From Phoronis australis (lineage: Eukaryota; Animalia; Phoronida), in contig NMRA01000127.1 of assembly GCA_002633005.1 (NCBI GenBank), positions 124,001-188,000 of the forward strand: a stretch of DNA of 64,000 bases, given 5' to 3'. A program made the position numbers and the translations under genes. Within the stretch, counting starts at the first letter, position 1; every line of letters begins with the position of its first letter. Below the pieces are notes generated by a model that saw only the letters and a list, made by a program, of their open reading frames with translations, did not search any database and was not told where the DNA came from. Below are positions 49,065 to 60,043 of this stretch, one piece after another.

Positions 49065-52000
49065 GTGTAGACCAAATGCATTTTGGATCAAGCTGAATCG
49101 ACACTTTCACAGACGTCGAAGGCAAAAGGTCCTAAAACAACCACGTAGGTTTGTTGATTGATTAACTTGTTTCAGCTCAAGTAAACAAGCGAAGTGTATC
49201 TCGTTACAAGATAATTTGCTAAAGGAAGTGCATCATTTCTTTGTTGCCAACTACAGTACCTGACGTGTGTCATCAGAATCTAACTGCATCACCCATTTTT
49301 CAGTTGTTTGAATAATTCATTAAAATCATTCCTCAGGATCTCTTGAGTAAGGCGTATGGCGAAGGGGGGGTCTTGTCCCAACTTCAACGAATTCTCCACC
49401 GAAGATGCGGTGAATAACAATTCCTTAACGAAATAGTCACAGAATACGAAAAACTTCTCAACGACTCGAGGTTTAAGTCCATCACTAAAATCAAAACTGT
49501 TGTACAGACCTACATGGCTGCCAGCGGCATGAACATAGTTGACAAAATTTCGTCAGTAGGTGTCGCTATGGTGCACTTTGCTTTCGCAGTGAACTTGTAT
49601 TCATCTTGGTTCATTTTGCCTTTAAAATTTAGGCGCTTGATTAGTCAAATGAATAACAACCCAATTCCAAAAGGTGAAGAGTCACGCTTATATTCCATTA
49701 AACTTCAAGCCACGACTCTAAATAGAATTTAGTATTAACGAATTTTATTTTAATTTGTAAATTCCAGCAAAATCCTGAAATTTCCGAAATCATGCGAAAA
49801 GAAATTTAAGAGTCCCCCCACACTAAGTTAGTCATGTTTTTCTTCCCGGATGCAACAATCCAAGAACACTAGCCGCATCTAGCCGATCTTGGCAAATTAC
49901 ATTCACAGTCTTTCAAATTTTTGTTGTTTGAATAGATATGAGAAAATATTGGCCATTGCAAGACAACGCTCACGAATAAGTTTTCTTTAGAAATGGGGAA
50001 ATAGAATGATGCTTCAGCTCGGTATATGTTGGTTAGTAGATAGGCATACACTATTCCATATGAAATCTTCTCCCAGTAAACATTCTGCATTAACCACACA
50101 GATTCTAACTTTGTTAATCGAAATACGGTGTATCAGTGGTTACGCTTAGCGTCAGTCATGACATACGGTGTATATACCCATGTACCTTTAAATGTTTTGA
50201 AATTGTTCTAGCCTTTGGAGTTTCAATTCCACAGGTAATCAGTAACGTTTGGTTATTGGTAATATCTGATCCATGAAAGTCAGATTTGTCGATGAAAGAC
50301 ACTGGGTAAAAACAAACAAGACTCCTGCGTCACTTCCGGCTAGTCTTTTATACTCCGCATCATGTTGGAACAAAAAGCATTTCAAAAGGAATTTGGTCAC
50401 ACTGCACGCGACCCTTTCTACAAAATGTTTGAACACTTTTTCTCTTCAGGTGGTCCAGTTATAGGCGGGATGATCGGTACGAGGAAACCCTACTACGATA
50501 TTTGGGAAACATCGTAAACGTGACCATTAGGATGGACTCAAGCGGAAATCCGGACGAGTTCAGATGATAATACGTCTTCAATGAGAACATATTGATACGT
50601 GATTTCAGAAGCTGCCATACACATAACCATTTTGAAGTCATCCGGATGTTATAACATAAACCTAGTATCGCAGTCAATGTTTGAAGAACTCTTGACACTT
50701 GGCAATGAATGAGTTGCATGTATGACAATTACAAATATTAAAATTGATGTTGCATTTGTTGTTAAAGGGTCAATTTTACTATACTCATCGGTTTATTCAA
50801 CCGAACACACCTATGTCACAAGCATGTCCATATCGAGATAAAAAATGACCTTCATCTCCATATAAATCGTCCAGGACACTGATAAGAAAAAAGAATATCC
50901 AAATGCCATGAAGCTGACTTTGTTATCCATATAGTTAAGGAAACATTATACTTTTCTTCCAGCATGTCGTTGATATCGATTGTTTCATAATTCTTGGGAA
51001 ATGTACCAATCTGCTTGAAAAAGTGGGAATCTCAGCACCCCAGCACCCCCCCCCCCTTTTCCCTGTCCCTCCAAATCTTGAAATCTATATTTGGAGTCTG
51101 TCAGCTTGAACACGTTCGGTCATATCCGACACATGGAATTCTTCCAAATGGAGCTAGACCTTGTGTATTCCCGTAAAAGGTGACCACATGGCGTTTGCGC
51201 CTGATATATTTCGTAAGAAATTTAGTCAGAGCGCTTCTCTAACGATTAGTCTTATTGTTTAGGAACTCTAGAATGGTCAATTTCTGGCATCAGAGCTCTA
51301 CAGATAGGCTTCATTTATTTGTATTTCATTCGAGTTTGTCTTCTTCACTGAAGTACAGAGCAACGTGTTGTACATTGAATTTTAATTCATGGCCTCTGGG
51401 TAATAAAATCTCTAAAAATAAGTTACAAGAAATAACCTTCACGGAACAATGTGACTTTTTTACCGACTCAGTATAAATGTGTTTCCGCTGGTGGTTCTTT
51501 CTTCCTTAGTGGTTATTGTTATTGCTATGACTCCAAAATATACATGTACATCATTTAAAGTTGTCAGTCTCGACACAAAATATTGACAGGCAATTCTCAT
51601 CAAATATTTAGTTAATGATGCCGCTTATTTTTGTTATAGTCTAGACGCATTTCCTGAAAAGAGCCATGTATAAGTTTCTAGAAGCATTTTTTAGTAAGAG
51701 TTGGGAGCAAGACTTTCACAGAATCGAGGTATGGCAAATTCAACTAACCCTGTTAATACTTATTTCCATAATAACGGAGAAGAAAAGTCATCTATAATGC
51801 ATACAAACATTTCCTGTTGAGTGACAATATCTGACGACTGCAGTTTTTAGTGAGAATTGTTATCAGTTTTCTATGTTTTTGCCTTTTTGGCCCCGTTCAT
51901 TATCCTCACAGCATGGATGAGTTAATCCATAACACAAACTATTTCACTGTCCAGCAGCTTCTATAATTTTTACAATACCACAAAAATGAGATTTCATGCT

Positions 52001-52626
52001 AAAATTTGACACTGATTTTGAGCGAAAACTGATGTGCCCGACTTTTAAACTATTTATCAGAGTAGGAATTGTATTAAACTACACAGTTTTAGTAATATTA
52101 CATAAGCAAGTAAACTTCAGCGCACAGTACGATCCAAATCCGTGACATAGGGTATATCACCCACTTATGGCTTTTTGTCTGGTCTGAAGTGCACTGCACT
52201 CTTAAGATAGGAAACTGGTTGGTTTTCTCATCGGAATGTTTGAACGAATGAGCTTATGAAAAACTTACGTTCATTGTACTGTAGTCATGACATGAATAAA
52301 AGAATGAAAAGAGAAAACACGAAATTGCGATTTTAATATGGGTGTACCCTCTATATTCGTCTTTTTATCCGTTTTATTCATAAAATGTACTTAGTCGGCA
52401 AGCATCTGTTTGCAAATTTTATAATGAACATGCGGTTTACTCCGTGGATGGACGGACACAGGTTATCGCTGACCAGTGTTAAGAAGCTTTCGGTGCGACG
52501 ATAGACTGAAGACTGATTCGAGTTAATCACTTTATTAACTTCTCCCCCACGTGCTCAAGTCTACTCAAGCAAAACGGGCTACGTAATGTCTGTTCTATGC
52601 TTCAGCTAGTGCTGCAAAACCTTGAC

Positions 52627-52779
52627 CAGGGGGAGATCCAGGATTTCGAGTTGGGTAACTGGCAGAGTATTATCTAGGAATTTGCCCGTCAGACACTTAC
52701 ACACCGAATTACCAAGTTTAATCTGGAAGAATTTTAGGGGGGCCATGGCCCCCTTGGGCCCCCCCTAAATCCGCCACTG
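52627..52779 (+). mobile_element. Short hAT-like MITE, same family as 17537
   Basis: cagggggagatccaggattt...ggcagagtatta...cccctaaatccgccactg. Confidence 0.65.
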
Positions 52780-54156
52780 GGGAGGAGGGGGGAGGGAGAG
52801 GCGACACAACAATTCGTGATGATCGGCACTAAACATTTCAGCATCAGAAATATTACATTCAAGTAAGTCAGGCAAACACATTTTTATTAATAATCCACTG
52901 GTGCCACCTGCCGCCCCGAAGTGTTATACCAGAGGTTTCCAGTTTAATCCCGTCCTGCAGCCATTTTATTACTACTTAAGAATTTCTGTAATTACATCAC
53001 GTTTCGTCTCTTATAATTGCTAAACGTAAATCGAAACATCAGAATGTTCTAGAAACCATGTGTAGTTAGTTGTTGCAACAAGTGGGGGATTATATCAAAC
53101 TTGACAAATATCCGTGGCGTTGGCGCAGTTGGATTTTGTAATTAAATGTTAAATGACGTCAACATGAACTTGTGTCTTAAAACGCTACGAAATATTGCCA
53201 CAAGTCAAACTTCAATAATTCTGCTGAAACTAATGATTGCTTCAAGGTATTTCAATAAACACAATATACATTCATTGACTGGCCGTAGTTTGGCGGGAAA
53301 TGACGTGGTACGACGATGATAACTGGTACGGAACCGGTAACTCTCTCCTACATTTGATGTACGACGTGGCACTGACTGAATGCATCAACCAAACATGTTA
53401 ATTTTTGAAAATCCCTTCAAAAATGGACTTTTTCAAAACACCGTGTTGGGCATATTCGTGTAGAAAAGCGAAATGAACAAATCTGTACACGCTGCTTAAA
53501 GCACTTTTGTGGACATACGGAAACGAAAACGTCGTTGAACGCTGCAAGTGCTTGGCATTTCTGACAAAGCACTCTCGTGCTGGAAGTTTTTTTAAGATTG
53601 AACACCGTTCCAAAAAAATTGTAGGTCTCGTTACAGCTGAACACAGAAGAATGATTCTGCGATTTTAGGACTAAAACTGAACCAAATCTGGCGTGGTGAC
53701 TCATTGGAAGGTGCAGAACTCGGGGAGAAGAGGGGGGTGGTGGGCAATACAACCGTGATATTTTAATATTGGAGCCATAGTTGCCAGATATCATTCAGCG
53801 TCACTTACTACCCAAGGAGGCCAGATCATGCGCTATAACCATCACTAGACGCTTTGCTTCACAAAACGTGTACCTTGGTGTATTTCCTTTCATTTTTTTC
53901 GACATCGCATTCGCTTTACCAAAGATTCACGCAGAAATGCCGCGTAGAGACAAACACCTCTTCACCACGTATTCGCATCTTCCCGTTCAAAATTGTTTTA
54001 TTTTATACAATTTGTCAATATGTTGTTGACAGAAAATATTTGTTTTTGGATCAACGTCAACGACCAACTGATACATGTAACTAGAGCAGATTTTACCGTT
54101 ACCGATGTCACGATGCATGAAAACGGTATGCGCAAGGCTAGAATGGGTAGTAGCCT

Positions 54157-54431
54157 CATTGGCGGATTTAGGGGTTTGTCAAGGGGGCCATGCCCCCTCT
54201 AAAATTCTACCAGATACCATTTGGAAGTTAGGGTGCGAATTGCTGACTAGCACACGAATAAACAATGCATAGGCCTGAACAAACCCCGTATACCGTTTTT
54301 TGTTTAGTCAACTGGTCCAAAAATTCGAGACTGCTGCATCCCCACGCTTCGGGCTGGGCGGCCGCGTTTGCCGAAATTTTGGTTATTCCTTTGCCCTTTC
54401 CCTCCAACTCAAAATCCTGGATCCGCCTCTG
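54157..54431 (-). mobile_element. hAT5-like MITE with 5-bp TSD
   Basis: cattggcggattt ... ggatccgcctctg, flanked by AGCCT on both sides. Confidence 0.7.
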
Positions 54432-55087
54432 AGCCTCAATAATGGTCATTTCATGTTTGATGTCACTGTCTAAGTTCGTGGAAGTCGCAACCATATGATT
54501 TTCGAAGTTAGAGTCTTCCAAGTCCGTGGGATTAGGTCATAAAGTTCCGTTTATTTCGCGTCTTTACTGCAAGGGTTAATACTGTGAAAACAAAATCTCC
54601 GGAGTAAAAGCTCTTCGGTGCAACAACTCATTCACTATCCCATCATCATGGGCGCGTGATAGGAGACCCGTGAGGAATTTAAAAACGCAAAAAGATGCAG
54701 TTCGGCGTAACACAAGTGTGGACGAAGACTGTAAAAAACAGCTGCGTTTACAAAATGACTACTTCGTTGTGTTGACCTAGAAGCAGCCAGTCTAATGCAA
54801 CTTGTTACTGTCACGAGCCAAAAGATCAAATGTAAAGAAAACTTTAACGTTTTGTTATCCAAAACTTGTTGCATTGTCCATAATCCAATGTTTAATATTA
54901 CTGCTTGCCTCCAACTTTCGAATTAGTGGTCGGTGAACACAACCGATGTGAACTCATGTAATGGAAAGAGTAAAACTAAGTTAATTTATTTGACCCTGTG
55001 CCGAGACGAATATCGGCATCTGCATGCAAAGCGGTAACAGCCTGACAACATATTACGCAACTGCTAATCTAGCCTAAAAATAGCAGC

Positions 55088-55268
55088 TGACTAGCGGGTC
55101 GGCTGATGGCCGGTCGGCAATTAAGGTCGGCTGTAGAGTCGGCTGGTTGGTCGGCTTATGACTCGGCACTGCGGCCGGCTGCCGGTCGGCTAAAAATTAG
55201 CCGACCGGTCGGCTAATTTGCCGACCGTTCGACGGCCGGTCGTCGACTCCTAGCCGACCGATCGGACA
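55088..55268. repeat. GTCGGC/GCCGAC-rich quasi-palindromic repeat (MITE-like)
   Basis: Many gtcggc motifs switching to gccgac around the palindrome aaattagccgaccggtcggctaattt. Confidence 0.65.
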
Positions 55269-55288
55269 AAAATTCGTGATGTGTGCTC

Positions 55289-55622
55289 TATGTGGGATAA
55301 AATATATCGCGTTTTGCTTTTCTACAAAAGTTGTCGCAATTTCATTTTTAACAACCATATTTCCTGCTATTTTACTCGCCGTTAATAAATCGAGTTTTTC
55401 TCTCATAGCCTTGGGGTCACTTTGGAGTATTACTGCCTCTGTAGATGATTTGGGTGTACAATTTCCTTCAAACGTTTTCCTTTCTTCCCATACACGTTTT
55501 ACCAGGTAGGGACAGGTATGTTGTCGCACTTTAGTGTGATATGAAAAAGAACCGTTCAAGATGACAACAATCTAAGCACTGTAACTTAATGTGTTGACGT
55601 CTACACACCAAATTGGTCCCTG
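55289..55622 (-). mobile_element. Polinton/Maverick-like coding fragment
   Basis: ILQSDPKAMREKLDLLTASKIAGN...NEI resembles the DP..L..RL.LL.AS..AGN....EI motif I recall from Polinton/adintovirus proteins. Confidence 0.55.
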
Positions 55623-55889
55623 TTTCTTTTTTATAGTTGATTAGGTCGTCAGATGCTTTAGCAAAATTCAGTAGAGTGTCAAATTTTGTTCCGAGGGTAC
55701 GAAGGGAACGGAATAAATGTTGTTAAAAACGACAAATGTCGTGTATTCAGCCAATTTTGTATTTCGTCGCTATATCTATATTAACTGTCATCTTTAAGAA
55801 ATGTTTATTGCCTTCACAATCTGCTTCTATGCCCCTCTTCCCGCTGTCACGTTTCACTGTTTATTTAGCTACGAATATATTCATTCCAT

Positions 55890-56085
55890 TTATTGCTTGA
55901 TGATGAGACATATAGTCTCTAAATATAGTTAGTGTTTTAATTTGTTTGTTTGTTTGTTTGTTATGTCTAGTCTTGGTGTTTTACGACATAACTGCACACC
56001 TGAACCAAGGAGATTGTTCCGACACTACGAGAGAATCAGTATCAAGCTTTCAAACAAAAAGTTTAGTCGTGTTTTCAACGAAGTT
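55890..56085 (+). mobile_element. Penelope-like element fragment (terminal repeat + ORF start)
   Basis: tgatgatgagaca...gtctc hairpin followed by MSSLGVLRH...RRLFRHYERISIKLSNKKFSRVFNE, resembling Penelope ORF N-termini. Confidence 0.45.
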
Positions 56086-56569
56086 AATACGCATATGCAT
56101 ATACGTGTGCAGAGTTTGTTAAATGCACACTTTTCACTGTTCACATTCTTTATTCCGTTGCGTTCATACTTTCGGAACAAAACTCTACTCTCAACTGAAC
56201 ATAGATACAGTACCTGACCTAGCGACATAATTAAGAGAGACACGATATTTCGAAACATACTTGTTTCATTCTCAAGTGAAGATAAAATGACGCAGTAATG
56301 CCACCACAGAGTATAAGTTGACGACACACACAGTGAGACACGGCGGGTGTGAAATACTGCAAAGAATGACCTATGAATTGGGGTAACGAAAACTTGCTCC
56401 CGAAGTACAGTCATATACGTTTGCATATACATATGCATATCCATATATATATATATATATATATATTATTTTATAAATTTATTAAACCAAGGTTTACCTC
56501 TGAAACTCGAGTTTTAAACAATTCCATTTCTAAGTCATTTTATTAACTGTTAAAATAAAAATGGAGACA

Positions 56570-56985
56570 CTAGACATTCCAGACCTTCCCCAAAAGGTCG
56601 TTCAAATAAATCTGTAACAATGCCACATTTGTTTGTATGTTTGTTTGTTTGTTTGTTTGTTTGTTTGTTTGAACGCAAGCTTTAACATACACGGATTGTA
56701 TAACATGCTCTCTACCAGTTATACCATATTTTATCATTTTGTAACTAAGTCCATCTTGCCATGCCCAGTCAAAAGCTTTTTGAAAGTCCACAAAAGGGCA
56801 AAAAAATGTGACTCTACGTTTTGCACTGCATTTATTTATCATTGTACTTAAAACGAACATATTGTCTACCGTGGAATATCGTTTCCAGAACCCAGTCGGT
56901 TTTCATTTAGTGTATCGTTCTTGTTAGACCATTCCTGTAATCTGTTGACTAGCACTATTGAGAAAAATGCTTACTACTTCCAGTA
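56570..56985 (-). mobile_element. RTE-group LINE reverse-transcriptase fragment, interrupted by (GTTT)n
   Basis: YSTVDNMFVL...FVDFQKAFDW....GL.YK..KYGI.G. Confidence 0.8.
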
Positions 56986-58975
56986 ATGTTGGGAAAGTAC
57001 CAAGGTTTACAAATGAAATATATGTCAATAAACTGTGATAATTCATTTCCTACTTTTACCTGATTTTACGTGTAGGCACTCTTAATCAGTGTGAGGCATA
57101 ATTCGCCTAAACGTTTTCGGCGTATGAAGCTCCTGTAGAGGCCACCTAGAGATTTTGATCGCTGTCTAGTTGAGTTGTTACCTGTGCTCAGTTGCAAAAA
57201 CAGCATGGGACAGTGTCTCAAGAACCGATAGGTGATCAGGCAGGTATCGCACCAAATTGTGCATTCAAGAGTGAGAAGGAACTCCCCAGAGCGTAGACTA
57301 GTACATTTAAAGAATTCAAGAAACAGTTTCAGGTTGTCTGGTGACACTAATCACTGTACTGGTAAATCAGTTTTGACATGTTTTGCTAAAATTCTCGAAG
57401 GTGGGGCATTTATTTCTATAGTATGTGACAAAATGTCACAACTATGTCATGCAAACCAAGCGTCTGGGAGCTTACTTCGATCTATCATACACCATATGCA
57501 CGCGATAACCTGCAGCTCTGGCAAGGTTCAGAATCTCGCCACTAAACCACGCGTGTGATAATCTGCTGCTTACCATTCTATCATGGTAAGGCAAGGAATG
57601 GTCGTGAATGAAGGTCAAGCCAGCCAATCACAGCAACCTACACATGAGTCACTTGCACTCGAGATTGTGAACCAAGCCAGACTTCTGGTGCATCGATTTC
57701 TTGACTTCCTGTGCAAATGTGTTACTGTAATGGCTTACGTACTACTCCCCTCTGTACCTATGGTGTAAGGTATGTTCAGATGGAAATAAGCCGCCGTGTT
57801 GGAAACTATAATGCCATGATGACTAATGTTCATGCAGAAAGCCATGGTACACAAATGACTGACTATCCAATGGGTTGGGAACTAAAGTACAGAAATGAAA
57901 TTCGACTGATGAACAGTTGGCAAATGTTTTGACTAATTGTGCAAACTCCAGACTCATTGTACCTATGCCATCTATTAGATAAGTACAAATAACGTTAATT
58001 TCGATCGCTTTTTTGCTTTATCGGTCCATGTTTGGTGTACGCTGATTCCCTCATTTTTCAATGTGTTGATTTAATGTACGTCTTTTTGAGAATTACTTCG
58101 GATATTGTTGGATATGTACTGGTTATACCGATCCCACGTTACTGTATATGTTTATAGCTGTCGAGGTGCAACCAGGTGCGTCAGTTCCATGCAAAAAAAT
58201 CTCATCATAGTCTTGGCACTGAAAACAACATGACGAATTTTAAGGGTGAGGGGCAATGCCTAGCAATCTTGGAAGAGTGATCTGCAATAGGAAAAATGAG
58301 TGGCGAGCCTCTAAACAAGGCTAGCATCCCAACAGAAACAAATGTACCTTGAACACTCCGCTGAGGAAGATGTTGTCATCGCTCAAGCAATTTCTCTTGA
58401 CAACATGCATACCAGGTTCTTTGCGGAAATGATCAATCCCCGTCGTCCTACCATGCTTGTGGTCATAGTTGTGTGTAATTTGGTCAAGTTCCACAGATAA
58501 AATTAGCTAAACTGAATGAAATCTGCGAACACTCTGACATTGAAATTACTCGCTGCAGTTCAAAGAAGAAGAATCTATTGGCCCTTTATACGTGTTTTTT
58601 AAGGCATGTTCTTTTCGAGGCGGTTACATCATTATGCTTCCTGGTACTCATTTGTTGTTGCATTACACATCATCCCTGTCTATAAGCTGATTTATCTCTA
58701 AAACCTCTATTTGGAAATTCGTAACATTTTAGAGATGTGTATCTATTGTAAATGGAATATCATTAGCAAATTTTCAAGTGGTTCGACTACTGGTGCGCTC
58801 CGTAGTGGGGATTTTATTTTTTTGTGATTGCATTTGTATCTTCGTAGTTTTTTGACGGGTGTCCATGAAATTCCACAGTAGGCCTCAATTGTAAGGTGTT
58901 CCACCTGGCGTCCGTTTTTACTTTTTCCGAGACTGTTTTGTGGCGTCCGTCATTCTGTTAGCCAAAACGCACTAA

Positions 58976-59779
58976 GGGCAGTATTCCAAGAACCATCACC
59001 TTAAAAATAGCATAAGATAGGCCTCGCTAAGGTTCAACTTGGGTAAGGTCCCCTTACGCAGTGTGCTATTTTGAATGTGTTCTTAATCTTTTCCTTCATT
59101 AAGCTGCCCGTTAAGACTGTAAGGTGGAGCTCAAGGAAAACTCCCACTGTTTCGGGTGGACTGTAAGGTGGTCTTTGAGGTGAACCTCAGAAAACAATGA
59201 GGTGTCACAGCGTGAGATCTTTACTGGAGAGAGAATAAGTTGTGTAATGACTATAACTATTTGAGGTGAATGGAGTGTAATACATGTCCATGCACAGTTG
59301 TCTAATGCAACTCAATATAGTTAGAACCATAATGGAAACAGCAATTCGAAAACGCAAGACCTATACTGACGTCAGCAAGTTGAAAAAAGAAGAATTCTGT
59401 TGATTTAAGATAAAATAATTTAAAAGTTTGGGAAAAAGAAGAGGCGTGAGAAATAATATTAAAAGGATACAACGCCCAAAAAGGTGTCGCTAGGATACCT
59501 ATGCAATAGGCTGCACGACAGCACGTACACGGTTTACAGCTGCAATTGTGTTTAGATAATCTCCCATCTTCTCTGGTAGTATGGAAAGGAATGAAATTCC
59601 TTATCTAGGTTGACCTTAAGGATACCCCAGAGCTATCTTAAGAATTTAAGGTAGTACTACGCCTTTTCATAATTACCTTATGCAAAGGAGTCTCTTACAA
59701 ATGAACCCTTCTTTGGTTAAGGAAAAGATTTTAAGGTTCGCCTTACAGGATACTTAGGGATTATAGTAAACGCGGCCTG
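58976..59779. mobile_element. Probable Harbinger-derived non-autonomous element
   Basis: Both ends are dense in TAAG/CTTA motifs, with weak inverted termini gggcagtattc and gtaaacgcggcc. Confidence 0.4.
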
Positions 59780-59965
59780 CAAGCAGGTAGATTTGGAGAT
59801 CGACTTGCTAGACTAATGACCGTCAGACTTCACGAAGGTAATGCACAGCTGAACTCAAGCCAGGACACTGCCAAAAGTCCGTCTTCACAGACCAGGGGTG
59901 GACATCCACGACAGCATTCAAAGCCGTGACCAGAGTCATGTGACTAATACTCAGGCTCGCCATGA

Positions 59966-59972
<7 letters not shown>

Positions 59973-59996
<24 letters not shown>

Positions 59997-60043
59997 CACG
60001 CACGCAGGCACGCGCGCGCACGCACACACACACACACACACAC
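59973..60043. repeat. (CA)n/(CACG)n microsatellite
   Basis: Directly visible. Confidence 0.95.

Larger units (their letters stand above)
32576..51632 (+). pseudogene. Duplicated (non-processed) pseudogene of the ADCY3-like gene
   Basis: Collinear exon and intron homology to about 5062-12562. Exon remnants at about 32576-32663, 32913-33140, 35706-35786, 37092-37250, 49337-49555, 49849-49935 and 50450-50563 show stops, deletions and lost splice sites; no last exon found. Confidence 0.92.

Noticed and set aside
32576-51632. Uncollapsed haplotype or processed pseudogene
   Set aside because: Divergence, many disabling lesions and private insertions exceed what allelic copies would show; introns are retained.
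27635-55622. The ~27.6-kb offset shared by the Polinton-like pair and the start of the cyclase duplication, as evidence of one repeat unit
   Set aside because: The cyclase offset grows to about 39 kb after the insertion, so the match appears coincidental.
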